64,000 bases of DNA from positions 71,362,001 through 71,426,000 of the forward strand of contig OX597825.1 of assembly GCA_951406725.2 (NCBI GenBank), given 5' to 3'. Origin of the DNA: Octopus vulgaris. Taxonomy: Eukaryota. The notes under the pieces were generated by a model, which was given only the letters and a program-made list of their open reading frames with translations, was not told the origin of the DNA and did no database searches. Shown here in pieces: positions 49,466 through 62,403 of this stretch. Both the position numbers and the translations under genes were made by a program. Numbering within the stretch: position 1 is the first letter of the stretch; every line of letters starts with the position of its first letter.

Positions 49466-51042
49466 TGTACATATATATATATATATGAGGATTATCTACA
49501 GGTTGGCTCTAATTTACTCAGTTGATAATTTAATGCACTCTACATGTAATTAGGGTTCCATTGACTAGGCAGAGCGGTTCGAGTATCTCAGGGGTGGGGG
49601 CATTTTCATGGTTGATAGAAGGCAAGAGGCTGAATCAAGTGCAGGAGCAGATGCAGTAATGCACAAGCTTCAACATTTGGTCACCAAAAGAATTGAGATG
49701 GGTATATAAAAGCCAGACTTGTTTTCTTCAGTTTGGTGTTTGTGCCTGTCCTTACCTATGGTCATAAATCTTGGTTAATGACTGAAAGAATAGAAGCAGC
49801 CCAGAGAGATCTTTGTCGTAACATTACATGAGAGAGTGCTTGGCCCGGAGGTCAGAGAAACAGCAGGTAGAGCCACTGCTTCTCTAAATTGAGAGATCCG
49901 AATTCTAATACTGTAGTAAGAAAGTCTCATGGGAAAGATTCACTAGATGGATTTTATAGGCAAAACCAACCAGCAAGGAATCTAGGAGTAAACCATAAGC
50001 AAGATGGCTGGATAAAATCCATGAGCTCAGTTGGTTTTGCTTGGGGATGGTTGTTCCTGACAGGACCCAATAGAAAGCATGCTTGAGGAGGAGATAAGAG
50101 AATTAAATGTAATATTTAATAGCATTCTTATATTTAGGAAGTAAAATCTAAAGTAGCAAATGACTCCTAATTGAAAAAATGCAATCTGAGAAGTAGCTTA
50201 ATTTGATACTTGTTACACAACCAAGCAGTCTCCTATAATTGTTCCTGAGTGGAAACCAGATAGATGTCTATGGTCTTACATACACCTCAAATAATCTGCT
50301 ATAAATTGGTTGAGAAGCAGAAATAACTGGTGAAAGGACAACTTCTTGAGGGTTTTATCTCGTTCTCTCCAATAATTTGATATTAGATTATTTATGTAAA
50401 TCAAGGGCACGTGAATTATTAGAGAAACCTTTCAAGTTATTTAATATAAATCTATTTATTTTGGACATATGTTTCTTTATTAGCCACACATGGCTGAACA
50501 CAGAGGGGACAATGGACATAGCTATGTGAGAAGAAGTTTGCTTCCCAACCACATCATTGTATGGCACCTTCAGCAAGTGTCTTCTATTATAGCCCTGAGC
50601 CAATCAAAGCCTTTAAAATTACCTTTTATATCAACTTTAATCCTTTAGTGTTCGCATTATTCTGCCAAAATTAATGCTTCTTCATCCACATTGTTTTGAA
50701 CTAATCATGCATTATCTTGTAGCTATGAGATTTTGATGAGGTAGCTGTTAATTTTTAAAACGATATTGTAGGGTTGGTGTGAGAGACCAGATCTGGCCAG
50801 TTTGAACATAAAACAGGCAGAATACTTTTGGCCGGATATGGCCGGTTTAAATAGTTTCTTGGTTTATGCTGTATCCTTTTCCCTCTGGTCAGTTACCTAT
50901 AAAAAATCTGTTTAGGCATCCTTCCGTCTTCCATTCTATCATGACCATCCCAATGCATCTGGTTCAAATTTATTCTTTTCTCTATACCTGTGCTGCTTAC
51001 TCTCTCAGGTATAACAGCATCACTTGGTAAACAGAAAGTGAA

Positions 51043-51457
51043 TGGAGGGCGGTGAGCTGGCAGAAAAATTAGTATGCTTAGCGGTATTTCATATGTCTTT
51101 ACATTCTGAGTTCAAATTCCACCGAGGTCGACTTTGCCTTTCATCCTTTCAGGGTCGATAAATTAAGTACCACTTAAGCTCTGGGGTTGATATAATCGAC
51201 TTAATCCGTTTGTCTGTCCTTGTTTGTCCTCTCTGTGTTTAGCCCCTTGTGGGTAGTAAAGAAATAGGTATTTCGTCTGCTAACAGCAGACGAAATATGA
51301 CGTTCTGAGTTCAAATTCCACTGAGGTTGACTTTGCCTTTCATCCTTTCGGGGTCGATTAAATAAGTACCACTAACACACTGGGGTTGATACAGTTGACT
51401 TAATCCATTTGTTTGTCCCCTCTATGTTTAGCCCCCTGTGGGCAATAAAGAAGTAAT
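51043..51457 (+). mobile_element. Dimeric SINE, same structure as 5218-5634
   Basis: Same AAAGAAATAGGTATTTC junction; flanked by a 33-bp direct repeat. Confidence 0.88.
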
Positions 51458-54400
51458 TATAACAGCATCACTTGGTAAACAGAAAGTGAAATAGAACTGG
51501 TCATGTGTGTGTGTGTTACTGTCTCCTTTCCCTGACATCACTTAGCAGTTGTAAACGAATATCTCCATCATGCAAGTAGTGTCCTACAAGCGTTTGGAGA
51601 GGCTTCCTCTTGAACACCAAGTGGTCCTCATATACACTTGATAGTTGAGAGAGAGCCAGCAGTACAAGTATAGAGAAAGGAATAATTTGGAACCAGATAT
51701 GTTGGGATGGTCGTGTTGCTAGAATGGAAGATGGAAAGATGTCTAAACAGATCTTTTTTATGGGCAGCTTACTAGAGGGAAAAAGCAGTCAAACCAAAGC
51801 ATTTGACCCGGTCATAAAAACAAAAAAAAATGGTGTAATATGTGTAAAACAACTTGCTCTAAATGAATATGACAAAAAAAATGCTCGCTCGCGAAAGGGG
51901 TGTGTGGGAGAGGACTCGGAAAATTCACATCGTGAATGTTCGGGTCTAACCCGGCACAAAAACTAAAAAAAAAAATCGACATCTTCAGTCCATGGCCTTT
52001 AAACTATAGTGTTTGACCCAGGCCAGGAAAAAAAATTAAAAAATTTATAATTGGTGTAAAACTACTTGTTCTAAACGATTATCAAGAACATACACACACA
52101 CAAAGAGAAATGGTTGGTTCAAGGCAAGTGTGCATTGAACTGAATTTAAATAAGCAAGAAAGATATTATCAAAGAAAAGGCCATAGCTCCATCTTTAGTA
52201 TCTGTTGTTGCTGTTAGGACGTAGGACGAAATGCTTAGCCGTATTTCATCTGCCACTACGTTCTGAGTTCAAATTCCGCCAAGGGCGACTTTGCCTTTCA
52301 TCCTTTCAGGGTCGATTAAATAAGTACCAGTTACGCACTGGGGTCGATATAATCGACTTAATCCGTTTGTCCCCCTCTATGTTTAGCCCCTTGTGGGCAA
52401 TAAAGAAATAATAATAATTATTATTATTATGGAGTTGAATGTGTGTGTGTGGTGAAGTTATTAATATCAATACATTAACCAACACCATTGAAGTGAAATA
52501 ATAGTTTGTATTCTTTTGAGTTGGCACTGCTGAATTGAGTCAAAGACTATATAACACAAGTCAGCAGAAAAAAAAAAGAAAAATGCGATATCCATAACAG
52601 TAAAGAAATACGACCTCCCCCAAACAGTAACCCTTGTGTTTAAAATCTCCCTAACAAAAAGAAGAAAGGTTGTTTGGCTATGGACTACGTTGATCTTTTC
52701 ATGTTGTAGTTTAGCCAAAAGGTTTGCTCAAATCAAGTAAACTTATGAACCAAAGGTAGCCTAGCCATGACCATCTCAATGGTTTTCTTTATTTTTGTCA
52801 GGTTAAAATGGTTTCAAGTTCAGTTCCACTGCATGGCACTTTGGGCAAGTGCCCTCTACTCTACCTGACCCCAGGCTGACCAGTGCCCAGTGAGAGAATT
52901 TGGTAGATAGAAACTGTGGAAGTCTGTTGTATGCGTGTGTCTTTGTACCCCACCCTCACTACTTGACAACTGGCATTGGTTTGTTTACATCCCTGTAACT
53001 AAGCAGTCCAATAGAATAAGTACCAGAGTTTTAAAAAATAAGCATTGGGGTTGATTTGTTTGAGTGAAATCCTTTAAGGCAAAGCCCTAGCATGGCTGCA
53101 TCCAATGACTGAAACAAGTAGAAGAGAGTGGTGTACCAAAGATTATACCATTCAATGTGTTCTAATGCTCCAAGTGAACATGTGCAATAAAGACATGAGT
53201 AGAGAAGAGCTCCAAAAGTCTTCCCATTCAGGGAAGGTTTGAGCGTAATTTTTAGAGAAGAGAGACAAGGGTAAGAGATGCCTGATTGAGATGGTGCAAA
53301 CCTCAGCCAGGTCTGAAGATAATAAGTTGTAATTTTTTTGTTTATACCCAAGAAATGAACTTGTTGTTTGTACTCAAGAAATGTGCAACGGACATGTTAA
53401 AATAATTTCTATAACATAATAATTTAAATGTATGTTAAAGAGAATTTAATAACACAAACTGTCTGCATAAAGAATTTTAAAAAATGAAAAAGAGTGGCAA
53501 GTTTTGTAAATAGGGGCAGGGTAAGGTTGAATATCTAAGAGAATTTGCAGCGTGTAAGATGTTTGTAAGTAATTCCAGAACAACAAAAGCCATGGACTGA
53601 AGACGTGAATTTTCCGAGTCTCCCCCCCCCCACTTTCGCGAGCGTGCATTTTTTTTGTCATATTCATTTAGAGCAAGTTGTTTTACACCTATTACACTAT
53701 TTTTTTTTTGTTTTTATGACCGGGTCAAACGCTTTAGTTTGACCGTGATTCATTATTTTTGGGCACTGATATTCGCAATAATTAATTGCCAATTCTAAGG
53801 TATAATATCGTAGTAAGAGTAACAATTTCTTAGAATTTATGTATTTTAAAATTAAACTCGATAGAGATTTCGGTTCAAGTATTTTTTTTTCAATTTCTTC
53901 AAAGTTATGCTTTTTTTTTTTTTAGTTAAACACAAAATAATTTCAGTATAAACTTTGTTCAAAGAGTAAGCAAAATTATTCAGTAAAAAAGTTCTCACCT
54001 GAAAAATCCTTTCTGAATGTATATTTTGGGAAATTTCAAAAATTTTCTTTTCTTTTTCGCGAATAATAATAATCTTCTCTGACTCGTAGAAATAAAATTA
54101 CTTTTTAATTAATGTCCGTCTCTATTCATCACGTGTGTAGTGATACGTTTACTACCAGAAACCGCTAATTACAGCAACAATTCTTCACAGCAACGAGGAC
54201 AATCACCTGCACTGCCGTCACCACCATGAGCACCACAGCAACAACAACAACTGACCCAGCAGCACGGACTCCTTAATTTAACCCACAGTTGATGACCGGG
54301 TCAGCAGCCAATTCTGAGACAACAATTACAGCTACAACAAACACTTTGACCAGCTCTAATTTACCCACATTTTCATATCACTAACAACTAAATCAAAAGA

Positions 54401-54529
54401 AATTCGACACATTCTACCAGTATACGAAGTTTCAAATTATCTAGTTAACTAGAAAAACTGAAAAACCTGGCTTTCAAAAAGAAAAGATCCGAAATTCAAT
54501 TTATTGCATCTTTAGCGACTTCAGTTATT

Positions 54530-54843
54530 GGGTACCTTGTATAGTATAGTGGTCCCGGTTTGCGCACACACGCAGACGCGCGTCCGCGCTAGCCAGACGT
54601 AGACAGTCGATCATAGGAGCTGACTGGCGCATGCACGATATATACGTGTATACGATATATATACTTGTATCGTATAATATACAAGTAAATATATCGTATA
54701 CACGTATATATCGATACAAGTATATATCGTATATATCGTGCATGCGCCAGTCAGCTCTTATGATCGACTGCCTACATCTGGCTAGCGCGGACGCGCGTCT
54801 GCACGTGTGCGCAAACCGGGACCACTACACTTGACAAGTACCC
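54530..54843. mobile_element. CpG-rich foldback element (long palindrome)
   Basis: GGGTAC...TAGTGGTCCCGGTTTGCGCAC... mirrored by ...GTGCGCAAACCGGGACCACTA...GTACCC; arms exceed 100 bp. Confidence 0.8.
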
Positions 54844-56639
54844 TTAATTCCTTTGTCTGTCCTTGTTTGTTCCCTCTGTGTGTATGTAGCCCCTTGTGGG
54901 CAGTAAAGAAAATAAGATATTGCTTATGAGTGGAGGGGCTGAGCACCCTATAGCCCCTGCGTAGTTACGTGCCTGGAGGTCATTCTATGATGTGTTCATA
55001 CTCTACTGAGATCTGTATCATCCGGCTCTGCGTTTTTCCCCCCTTTTCGTGTGTGTGTATTTTATTGCATACATTTTTAGCTTTCATTGCTTTCCTTACT
55101 TGACTAATTGCTGTTTTCTGCCTCCTTTTACTGACAAAATCAGTGCGAGTTAAAAACCTTAGGGTTGTAATTCATCTGAGCGCTGTATACAATAATCTCA
55201 TTAATAAATATTATTACCGCCGAGGTCAGCTTCGCTCTTCATCCGTTCAGGGTCAATAAAGTAAGAATTAGTTGAGCACTGTGGTCTGTGGTCTCTGTAA
55301 TCGACTTACCCACTTATCCCACAAAATAGCTGGTCTTGTGCCAAAATTAGGAAGGAATTATTTATTTAGTGCATCACTAAACCTAATATATTAGTGATTG
55401 AGAGTTACTTCCCTTGTATCGTTTTTCTTCTGGATAGGAATTTCAAAAGTTTATGGGAACGTAAATGTGATGTAGTGATGGTCATTTCTTTCGAAAATTC
55501 ATTAGTGATGTAACTGAGGGAACATAACCAAAATTATGAATTAAAATCTTTTTTTTTTTAGTCAATTTATTTTTCTTGTTACAGTCACAAAACGAACCTC
55601 GATCACACATACCAACTTAAAAAAAAAAAAAAAAAGGACAAGGACACACTGAATAATGTATTACTAGATATACTGTCAGGTAGGAGGGAGAAAATGAATG
55701 GTTGTAGCTCGGAAGCTTGAACGATAGGGATGATCTCGCGGTAAACAACAGTAACAAGAGCAAAATCACCAAATACATCATCACCACTACCATCAAAACA
55801 ATAACACCACTATCAACATCGATGTCATTGTCATCTTCATAATTTTCCATGCTGACGTGTCGTCCTCTCGTGAATCAGTTCTTATTCAGGTTAAAACTCT
55901 CCTAGACACGTTGGAGGATCATAATCTGTACAACTAATATGATGGAGATAGCTTGGTTGTCCTTCCTATAATAATAATAATAATAATAATGAAATTATTG
56001 TATACAATGCTCAGGTGCACCACAACTTGTCAAAGAGTGCAAAAAAGAGTTACGGGGTGAGCGCGAACGCAGACCCCACACTTAGAAATAGCGCACCTGA
56101 GTCGCCCACATTTGGGGTGATTGCAATTAATTCTAAGGTATAATATCGTAGTAACAGTAACAACCGGAGTGCAATGGAAGGGCCTCACTCTGGGAGAACC
56201 ATCTTGCTGATCATGGTTTACCCCTGAAACCAACTTTTTTACAGAGTGAACTGAATGCATTTTCTCATGGTATCAGTGCTACAGTGACTGCCATTTATTT
56301 AGATATGACCGTTCTCGTGACCTCAAATTTATGTACTTTCTCCAGCATGTTTTTACTCTGGCTACTATATATATATTCAAGATATCCCCCATCTCTGCTA
56401 ATAAGCTCACCCAACTAAGAGAAGCTATCTACTACTTCTAGGGATCCTCCTGGACGTTTGAGAGAATCTTTTTCCCATGCACTTTTAGAGTTTATTACCC
56501 CTGTACAAAGTCTGCTTCTTGTACTAACCTGTCTCTGCATCTATTACATGTTCATAATTTGCTTTAGGTACACCATATGGAGTTTCTTCCTTTTCTATAT
56601 GTTGAACAAGACAATTTCCCCGAATGGAAGAATTGTCTT

Positions 56640-56830
56640 GTTTGTTTTCCTACTTATCAGTACTTTATTCTTTACCATGTCAACTTTGATTCCAGGTTTT
56701 GTCTCCATGCCTGGAATTCCTTCTTTGATTCTACAACAGATTCAGCTCTAAGAACAAGGAGGTCTTCAGCATATATGAGTTTCCGCAGACATCCACTCTT
56801 TAAACCTATCTGCAATGACCTTCATTTGTG
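56640..56830 (-). mobile_element. Degraded RTE reverse transcriptase remnant
   Basis: Minus strand reads ...LIYAEDL..., parallel to the ELLYADDL segment near 41880. Confidence 0.5.
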
Positions 56831-57584
56831 TGAATATAAATGGAATATGGAATTAAAATAAAATGCTTGATTTACAAGCATATTGACTCGATAAAGCTAT
56901 ATGGGACAGCTAAAATATCAGAAATCTGAGAAAATCTAACAGCAGACACTGTATAGTGGAATTGGGGAAGCTGGCAATGCCCTTTTTTTGCCTGGCAATG
57001 CACCTTGGCAATGCCCTTTTTTTGCCTTAAATTAGTGTTTAAAATGTTTTTCATAAAGGCTAGGCTATTTATTGATTAAGTAGTGCAGACTTTCTAAACA
57101 TTATCTAGGCTTTGTAACATAATCCATCTCCATGTGTTAAATTATTTTCTAGTGTGGTTATTTCATGTCTCATAAGGTGAATTACATCTGTATTAAACCA
57201 CTGCAGAATAAGTATCAGATTTATTCTTATGCTGAAGTTATTTTATCAACCCCACAACCTTATGAAATAGGCCTTGTGTTTAGTTTCAATTGAAAGAATC
57301 AGGTGTAACAAATGTCATCATCGTTTAATGTCCGCTTTCCATGCTAGCATGGGTTGGACGGTTCAACTGGGGTCTGGGAAGCCAGAAGGCTGCACCAGGC
57401 CCAGTCTGATCTGGCAGTGTTTCTACAGCTGGATGCCCTTCCTAACACCATGCCCTTCCTAATGCCAAACAGCAAATGTATATTTTAAAATAGGAAGAAC
57501 ATAGATTTGAAAAATTAAAAAAAAAATGGATTTTAATACTGTTTAAATAGTGAATGTAAATATAATATGATATTTTTGAGCTGT

Positions 57585-57795
57585 TAGTCTCAAAAGGTGT
57601 TGTGTTCAAAAGATGTTGGCCTCAAGAGATGTTGATTTCAAGATGGTCAAAAGGCGTTGGGTTCAAGAAGTCTTAAGCCCAAAAAGTGTTTTTGTGTCAA
57701 GATGTGTTGATCTTAAGAGATGTTTGGCCGAAGAATATTGTTCACAGGAGATGTTGCATTCAAGTGGTGTTGGGCTCAGGAGTTGATCTCAAGAC
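57585..57795. repeat. Degenerate ~20-23 bp minisatellite
   Basis: CAAGAGATGTTG(G/A)..T units repeated about nine times. Confidence 0.7.
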
Positions 57796-58346
57796 TGAAA
57801 CATCTTAAATTAATTTCCTACCACTGGCAAGACATTAACCCCCAGACCACCATCAACTGCTGCACTAGCAAAGAATAAATAGACAAGGTTTTAATGATCG
57901 AGCTCCAAATTATATTAGAAATTTAATGAATGGTTTGTTGTTTTACAGTGATTAACATACAATAGTCAAACAACCAATAATGCAAAAATTAAACAACCAA
58001 CACAATTGCCCAAGCATGGCCACAGTCCAATGACTGAAACTAGTTATTAGATTGTGTAAAAGAATGGTTGATTGACAGGAGAGGTTAAGCAAGGGTTTCT
58101 TGTGTCCTGAAGAATCTACAAATTTCATTAAAACTCTTGACATAATTAATCGATCAAATAAAACAACAACAACAAAAACAATAAAAACATTTAATATAAA
58201 GGCACTTTAAAAAATAATATACATATGTATATATCATATTTATATTTTTTTTGTGGAGATACTACAATTTGTTTATTTTGTTTTAGTTATTTTCGTCTTC
58301 TTTCAACACTAAAAATGCATGTGTGTATGTGTGTTTCTGCACAATT

Positions 58347-58402
<56 letters not shown>

Positions 58403-59808
58403 GTATATGTATATTGTGTGTGTGTGTGTTTATTCATGTTTACACTCTAAAAACTAGTTTAGCTTATGTTAGCATTCCTTTATGTTCTGTGACTTAGCAG
58501 TTCAACAAAGATTGATAAAAGTAGTACCAGACTGAAATAAGTTGTGTACAATAAAACTGAAACCCATTAGTGTGATGTTTCAGCATGGTCAAAATTAAAC
58601 ATCTGCATTTAGCAAAAGAGTGAAAGAACATACACACATACACACGTCTACTTTATTTATGGGTTATCAATGCTACCATTAGTTTCATGCATAAAAATTC
58701 CACAATTTTTTAAGTGTCCCACTCATGGATCTTACTAATCTGCCTCCATGTTAGTAGCATTGTTACTCCACAAATAAAGAATATATTTATCCACCAACTG
58801 TAGTGTTGAGCACTCATTCTTGCATTTCACCACTATTGTGTGTATGTATGTATGTATTTATGTATCCCCATACAAATATATGTACAGACACACACATATA
58901 AGAAAATACTGAAAGGTTTTGTTATTTGTCCATTTTGTTGGTTTTTTTCTTTAATATTGTTCTTTGAAATATTTTGGATTTCCTGTTTTTTTTTTTGTTT
59001 TTTTTTTTTTGAATGGACAGATACTTCATATCTAAGATTCTTGGAATATTGGTAATACATTCCATTGAGCTCTGTTATATAGAGTTCTTCATATCTGAGA
59101 GCTGTGGAATCTTGGCAATAAATTCAATTGAGTTGTGTAGAGAAGCGATTCAAGAAGAAAAAAAAAAGCAGAAAATAAACAAAATAAAGAAAAACAATGC
59201 AATACAATATTTGAGTTGGTTCAGTGTTGTTTGATTCCTTCTTTTTCTTTTTTTAAAGAACAGTTCGAACAAGACAAAAAAACAAAAATGGTATTTATCC
59301 AGCTTCTGTTATATAGTAATGTTCAGAATGGTAATATACTTGTCCTCTTTGTTGGTGAGTTTCAAAGCAGCTGTTATAATGTTCAGAACACTAAAACACT
59401 GTAAACATAAAAACTACAGAGAAATTAAAAAAAAAAATTATGAAGATTAATAAATACAGGGCTTATATGATCGACCTGCTTTTTACCTTATTTCCATTAA
59501 CATACATTATGTTTCAGGGGTGTATATTCCGGGTATGCTAGGTATGCACTGCACACCCATCAAAAATGGCAAACTCATTATAATTATTAACCTTACTCGT
59601 TGAATTAATCACAAATCTGAATGAAAAACTTTTGTTATACCCCTGTTTGGAATTTGGTGACAATGGGTGTGGCAGCACCCTAAGTACTGCAACCACCATA
59701 TGCCACAGTTATGCTTGTTTCAATTTATTTTTAAAATAATAAAGAATTTAGAGAAATAAGCTATAATAAATTCCTGAGCGAAATATAAACAGTAGCAGTA
59801 CAGAATCA

Positions 59809-60058
59809 TAACATGTGATTGCTAACCAAGTGTGGTGTCCTATACAGGACAGTGCTACTGACGTTTATAGCCCTAGGAAGTCAGCTCTTCCATCTGGCTA
59901 ACAATACGCATTCTGTGTCTGATTAGTGTGTCTGCAAATACTAATCGGACACAGAATATGTTTTGTTAGCCAGCTGGACTAGATGACTTCCTGGGGCTAT
60001 AAACATCAGTAGCACTGTCCTGTATAGGACACCACACTTGGTTTGCAATTATATGTTA
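59809..60058. repeat. 250-bp foldback palindrome
   Basis: AACCAAGTGTGGTGTCCTATACAGGACAGTGCTACTGA... mirrored by ...TCAGTAGCACTGTCCTGTATAGGACACCACACTTGGTT; loop ~10-15 nt. Confidence 0.85.
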
Positions 60059-61028
60059 ATGAAGAATTTAATAAAAATGACTTAAATGGTGTTTAAGATG
60101 GTAAGTTGGTAGAATTGTTACTGTGTCAGACAAAAGGCATTTCCTTTAGCTTTTTGCATCCTGAGTTCAAATTCTTCTGAGGTTGACTTTGCCTTTTGTC
60201 TTTTCAGGGTCAATAAAATAAGTACCAGTTGCACACTGCGGGGTCAATATAATCAACTTACCCACTCCTTTAAAATTACTGACCTTGTGCCAAAATTTGA
60301 AGGAAAGTTTTAATTTAGAATGATCTCATGTGGGTTGGTATCAAAACAGTTAAATCTAGTTATAGTAACTGTTTCTAATTTAGCCACAATTGTAGTAATC
60401 CCAAAGAGAAAATGTTAGTCAATACCATCAGCCCCATTTCTTGACTGGTACTACCCCAGAGAAATGAAAGTCTAAGTTGACTTTGGTAGGATTTGAACTC
60501 AGAGTGTAGAGAGCCAGAAAGAATTACTGCAAGGTATTTTGTCAGATTCTCTAATGATTTTGCCAATCCATAACCCAGCATTTACTTTCTTCTGCATTAT
60601 TATAATAATTATAGTAATTTCAGATATAATGAGTACAATCTAATTATAATACTGCAGAAAACAAAGAAACTATTTTAAGCGAAAATATTAACTGAATTTA
60701 TGTTGAATAAAAAGTATAATTAATTGTTCATTATCATCATCCACTTACCTATGCTTGCATGGGTTGGATTGAGTTTGTTGGGGCAGACTTTCCCTTTTTC
60801 TCTGGTTGGATGCCCGTCTTGTCACCAAACCTTACCTGTTTATAAGCAGGGTAATATATCCCCTTGGGTAGACATGTTTCTGCAGAATATTGGAAATTAA
60901 TGTCCAATTTTCCATGGTTGCTAGTGTTGGATGGAATTTTGTTAACGTGGGTTTTCTATGGTCAGATGGTTTTCTTGTCACTAGCCCTTACATGTTTTCA
61001 ACCAAGGTAATATTCCTCCATTCCCAAA

Positions 61029-61079
<51 letters not shown>

Positions 61080-61192
61080 AGAAATGGTAAGACAACAAAA
61101 GAATGAAAGAGACCTCAATATTATGATATTATGTAAATAGAGGAATTTATCTGTAAATGTAATATAATATGTGACAATTATTTGGTAGCCAT

Positions 61193-61253
61193 GATAAAAC
61201 TCCAAGTTTCGGATGTCAGGGCAGAAACCCACACCGCTATCTCTTCAGTTATC
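61193..61253 (-). ncRNA. Type I hammerhead ribozyme motif (Penelope-like)
   Basis: Minus strand GAUAA-CUGAAGA-GAU...AUC-C-GAAA-CUUGGAG-UU^UUAUC. Stem I GAUAA/UUAUC extends with GCCA/UGGC; GUU triplet; flanked by (TA)n. Confidence 0.62.
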
Positions 61254-62365
61254 TGGCCATCGGAAAAAATGCTGTGAAAATGACATATATATATATGCAC
61301 ATATATATGTACACACACACATATATGCATGCATACATATATATATATATATATCTTTTTCAGATATTTCATCAAATATCTGTTCACAGAGCAAGAATTA
61401 ATTTTAGTGGTGGATATGTAAACCATAGCTACAAGAGATGCCAAAAAAGTGTTGGAGAAGCAGAAAATGTCAATCCTATTTTGGGATGGATAATCAACAT
61501 CTTTACGGAAATTAACATTAAATTTAGTAAGACAGTCAGTGTTAATCCTCCTCTCCTTTTCCCATTTTTTTTTTGTGTTTTTTAAGTATCTAAATGTTGC
61601 TGGGGATAACTAATAACATACTAATTAAAATTTGACCCATTTAATTAATTCGTCTCTGCATTTAGTTATAACAGTCAGAAATAGCGGCTGAGATTTTTAT
61701 GTTAATTCTTTATGTCAAATGAAGTAAATGTGAATGAGATATATAAATTATGATGCACTCAACAATAAAAAAGAGAAGGTAGGAGGTAGTTAAGAGGTAG
61801 AGGTAGTAGAAAAAGGGAGAGGCGGGGACGGAGACAGACAGACAAATGGAGAAAAATATGTGTGTGTGTGTCCAGAATAAATAGATTTACATTAAATAAC
61901 TCAACAGGTTTCTCTAATAATACACATGCCTTTGATTTGCATAAATAATTCAATATTAAATTATTGGAAAGAATAAGATAATACCCCAAAAAAGTTGTCT
62001 CTTCATCAGTTGTTTCTGCTTCTCAACCAGTTTATAACAGATGAATGCATGTATACGCTTGTTTATTTGCATTACATCTGTTTTTTCCATGCTAGTGTGT
62101 ATGTGTGTGTGTGTGTGTATGTGTGTGCAAGTGCGTGCATATGCGTACATGTGGTTTGATATGTTTGTATTTACACATACACACACACACACACACATAT
62201 CATTTAGATCACCTGTGAATTAAACCCCCAAATTTTGTATGTGTGTATGTATATATATATACCGGAGGAAGCACATAAATGTGAAACAAGGTGGACATAA
62301 GAGTACCCAAATACCTGTGGTAGAGTAATATGCTTTATTTAAAGCAGCAGAAAATTCAACAAAAC

Positions 62366-62403
62366 CTGTTACTCTGAGTTTCCCGTTGCCGTTCATCGGA
62401 CAG
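62366..62403 (-). ncRNA. Minimal hammerhead-like motif with variant core (CCGAUGA)
   Basis: Minus strand CUGU-CCGAUGA-ACG-GCAA-CGG-GAAA-CUCAGAG-UA^ACAG: stem I CUGU/ACAG, GNRA-capped stem II with one mismatch, near-palindromic stem III, GUA triplet. U4 is replaced by C. Confidence 0.55.
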
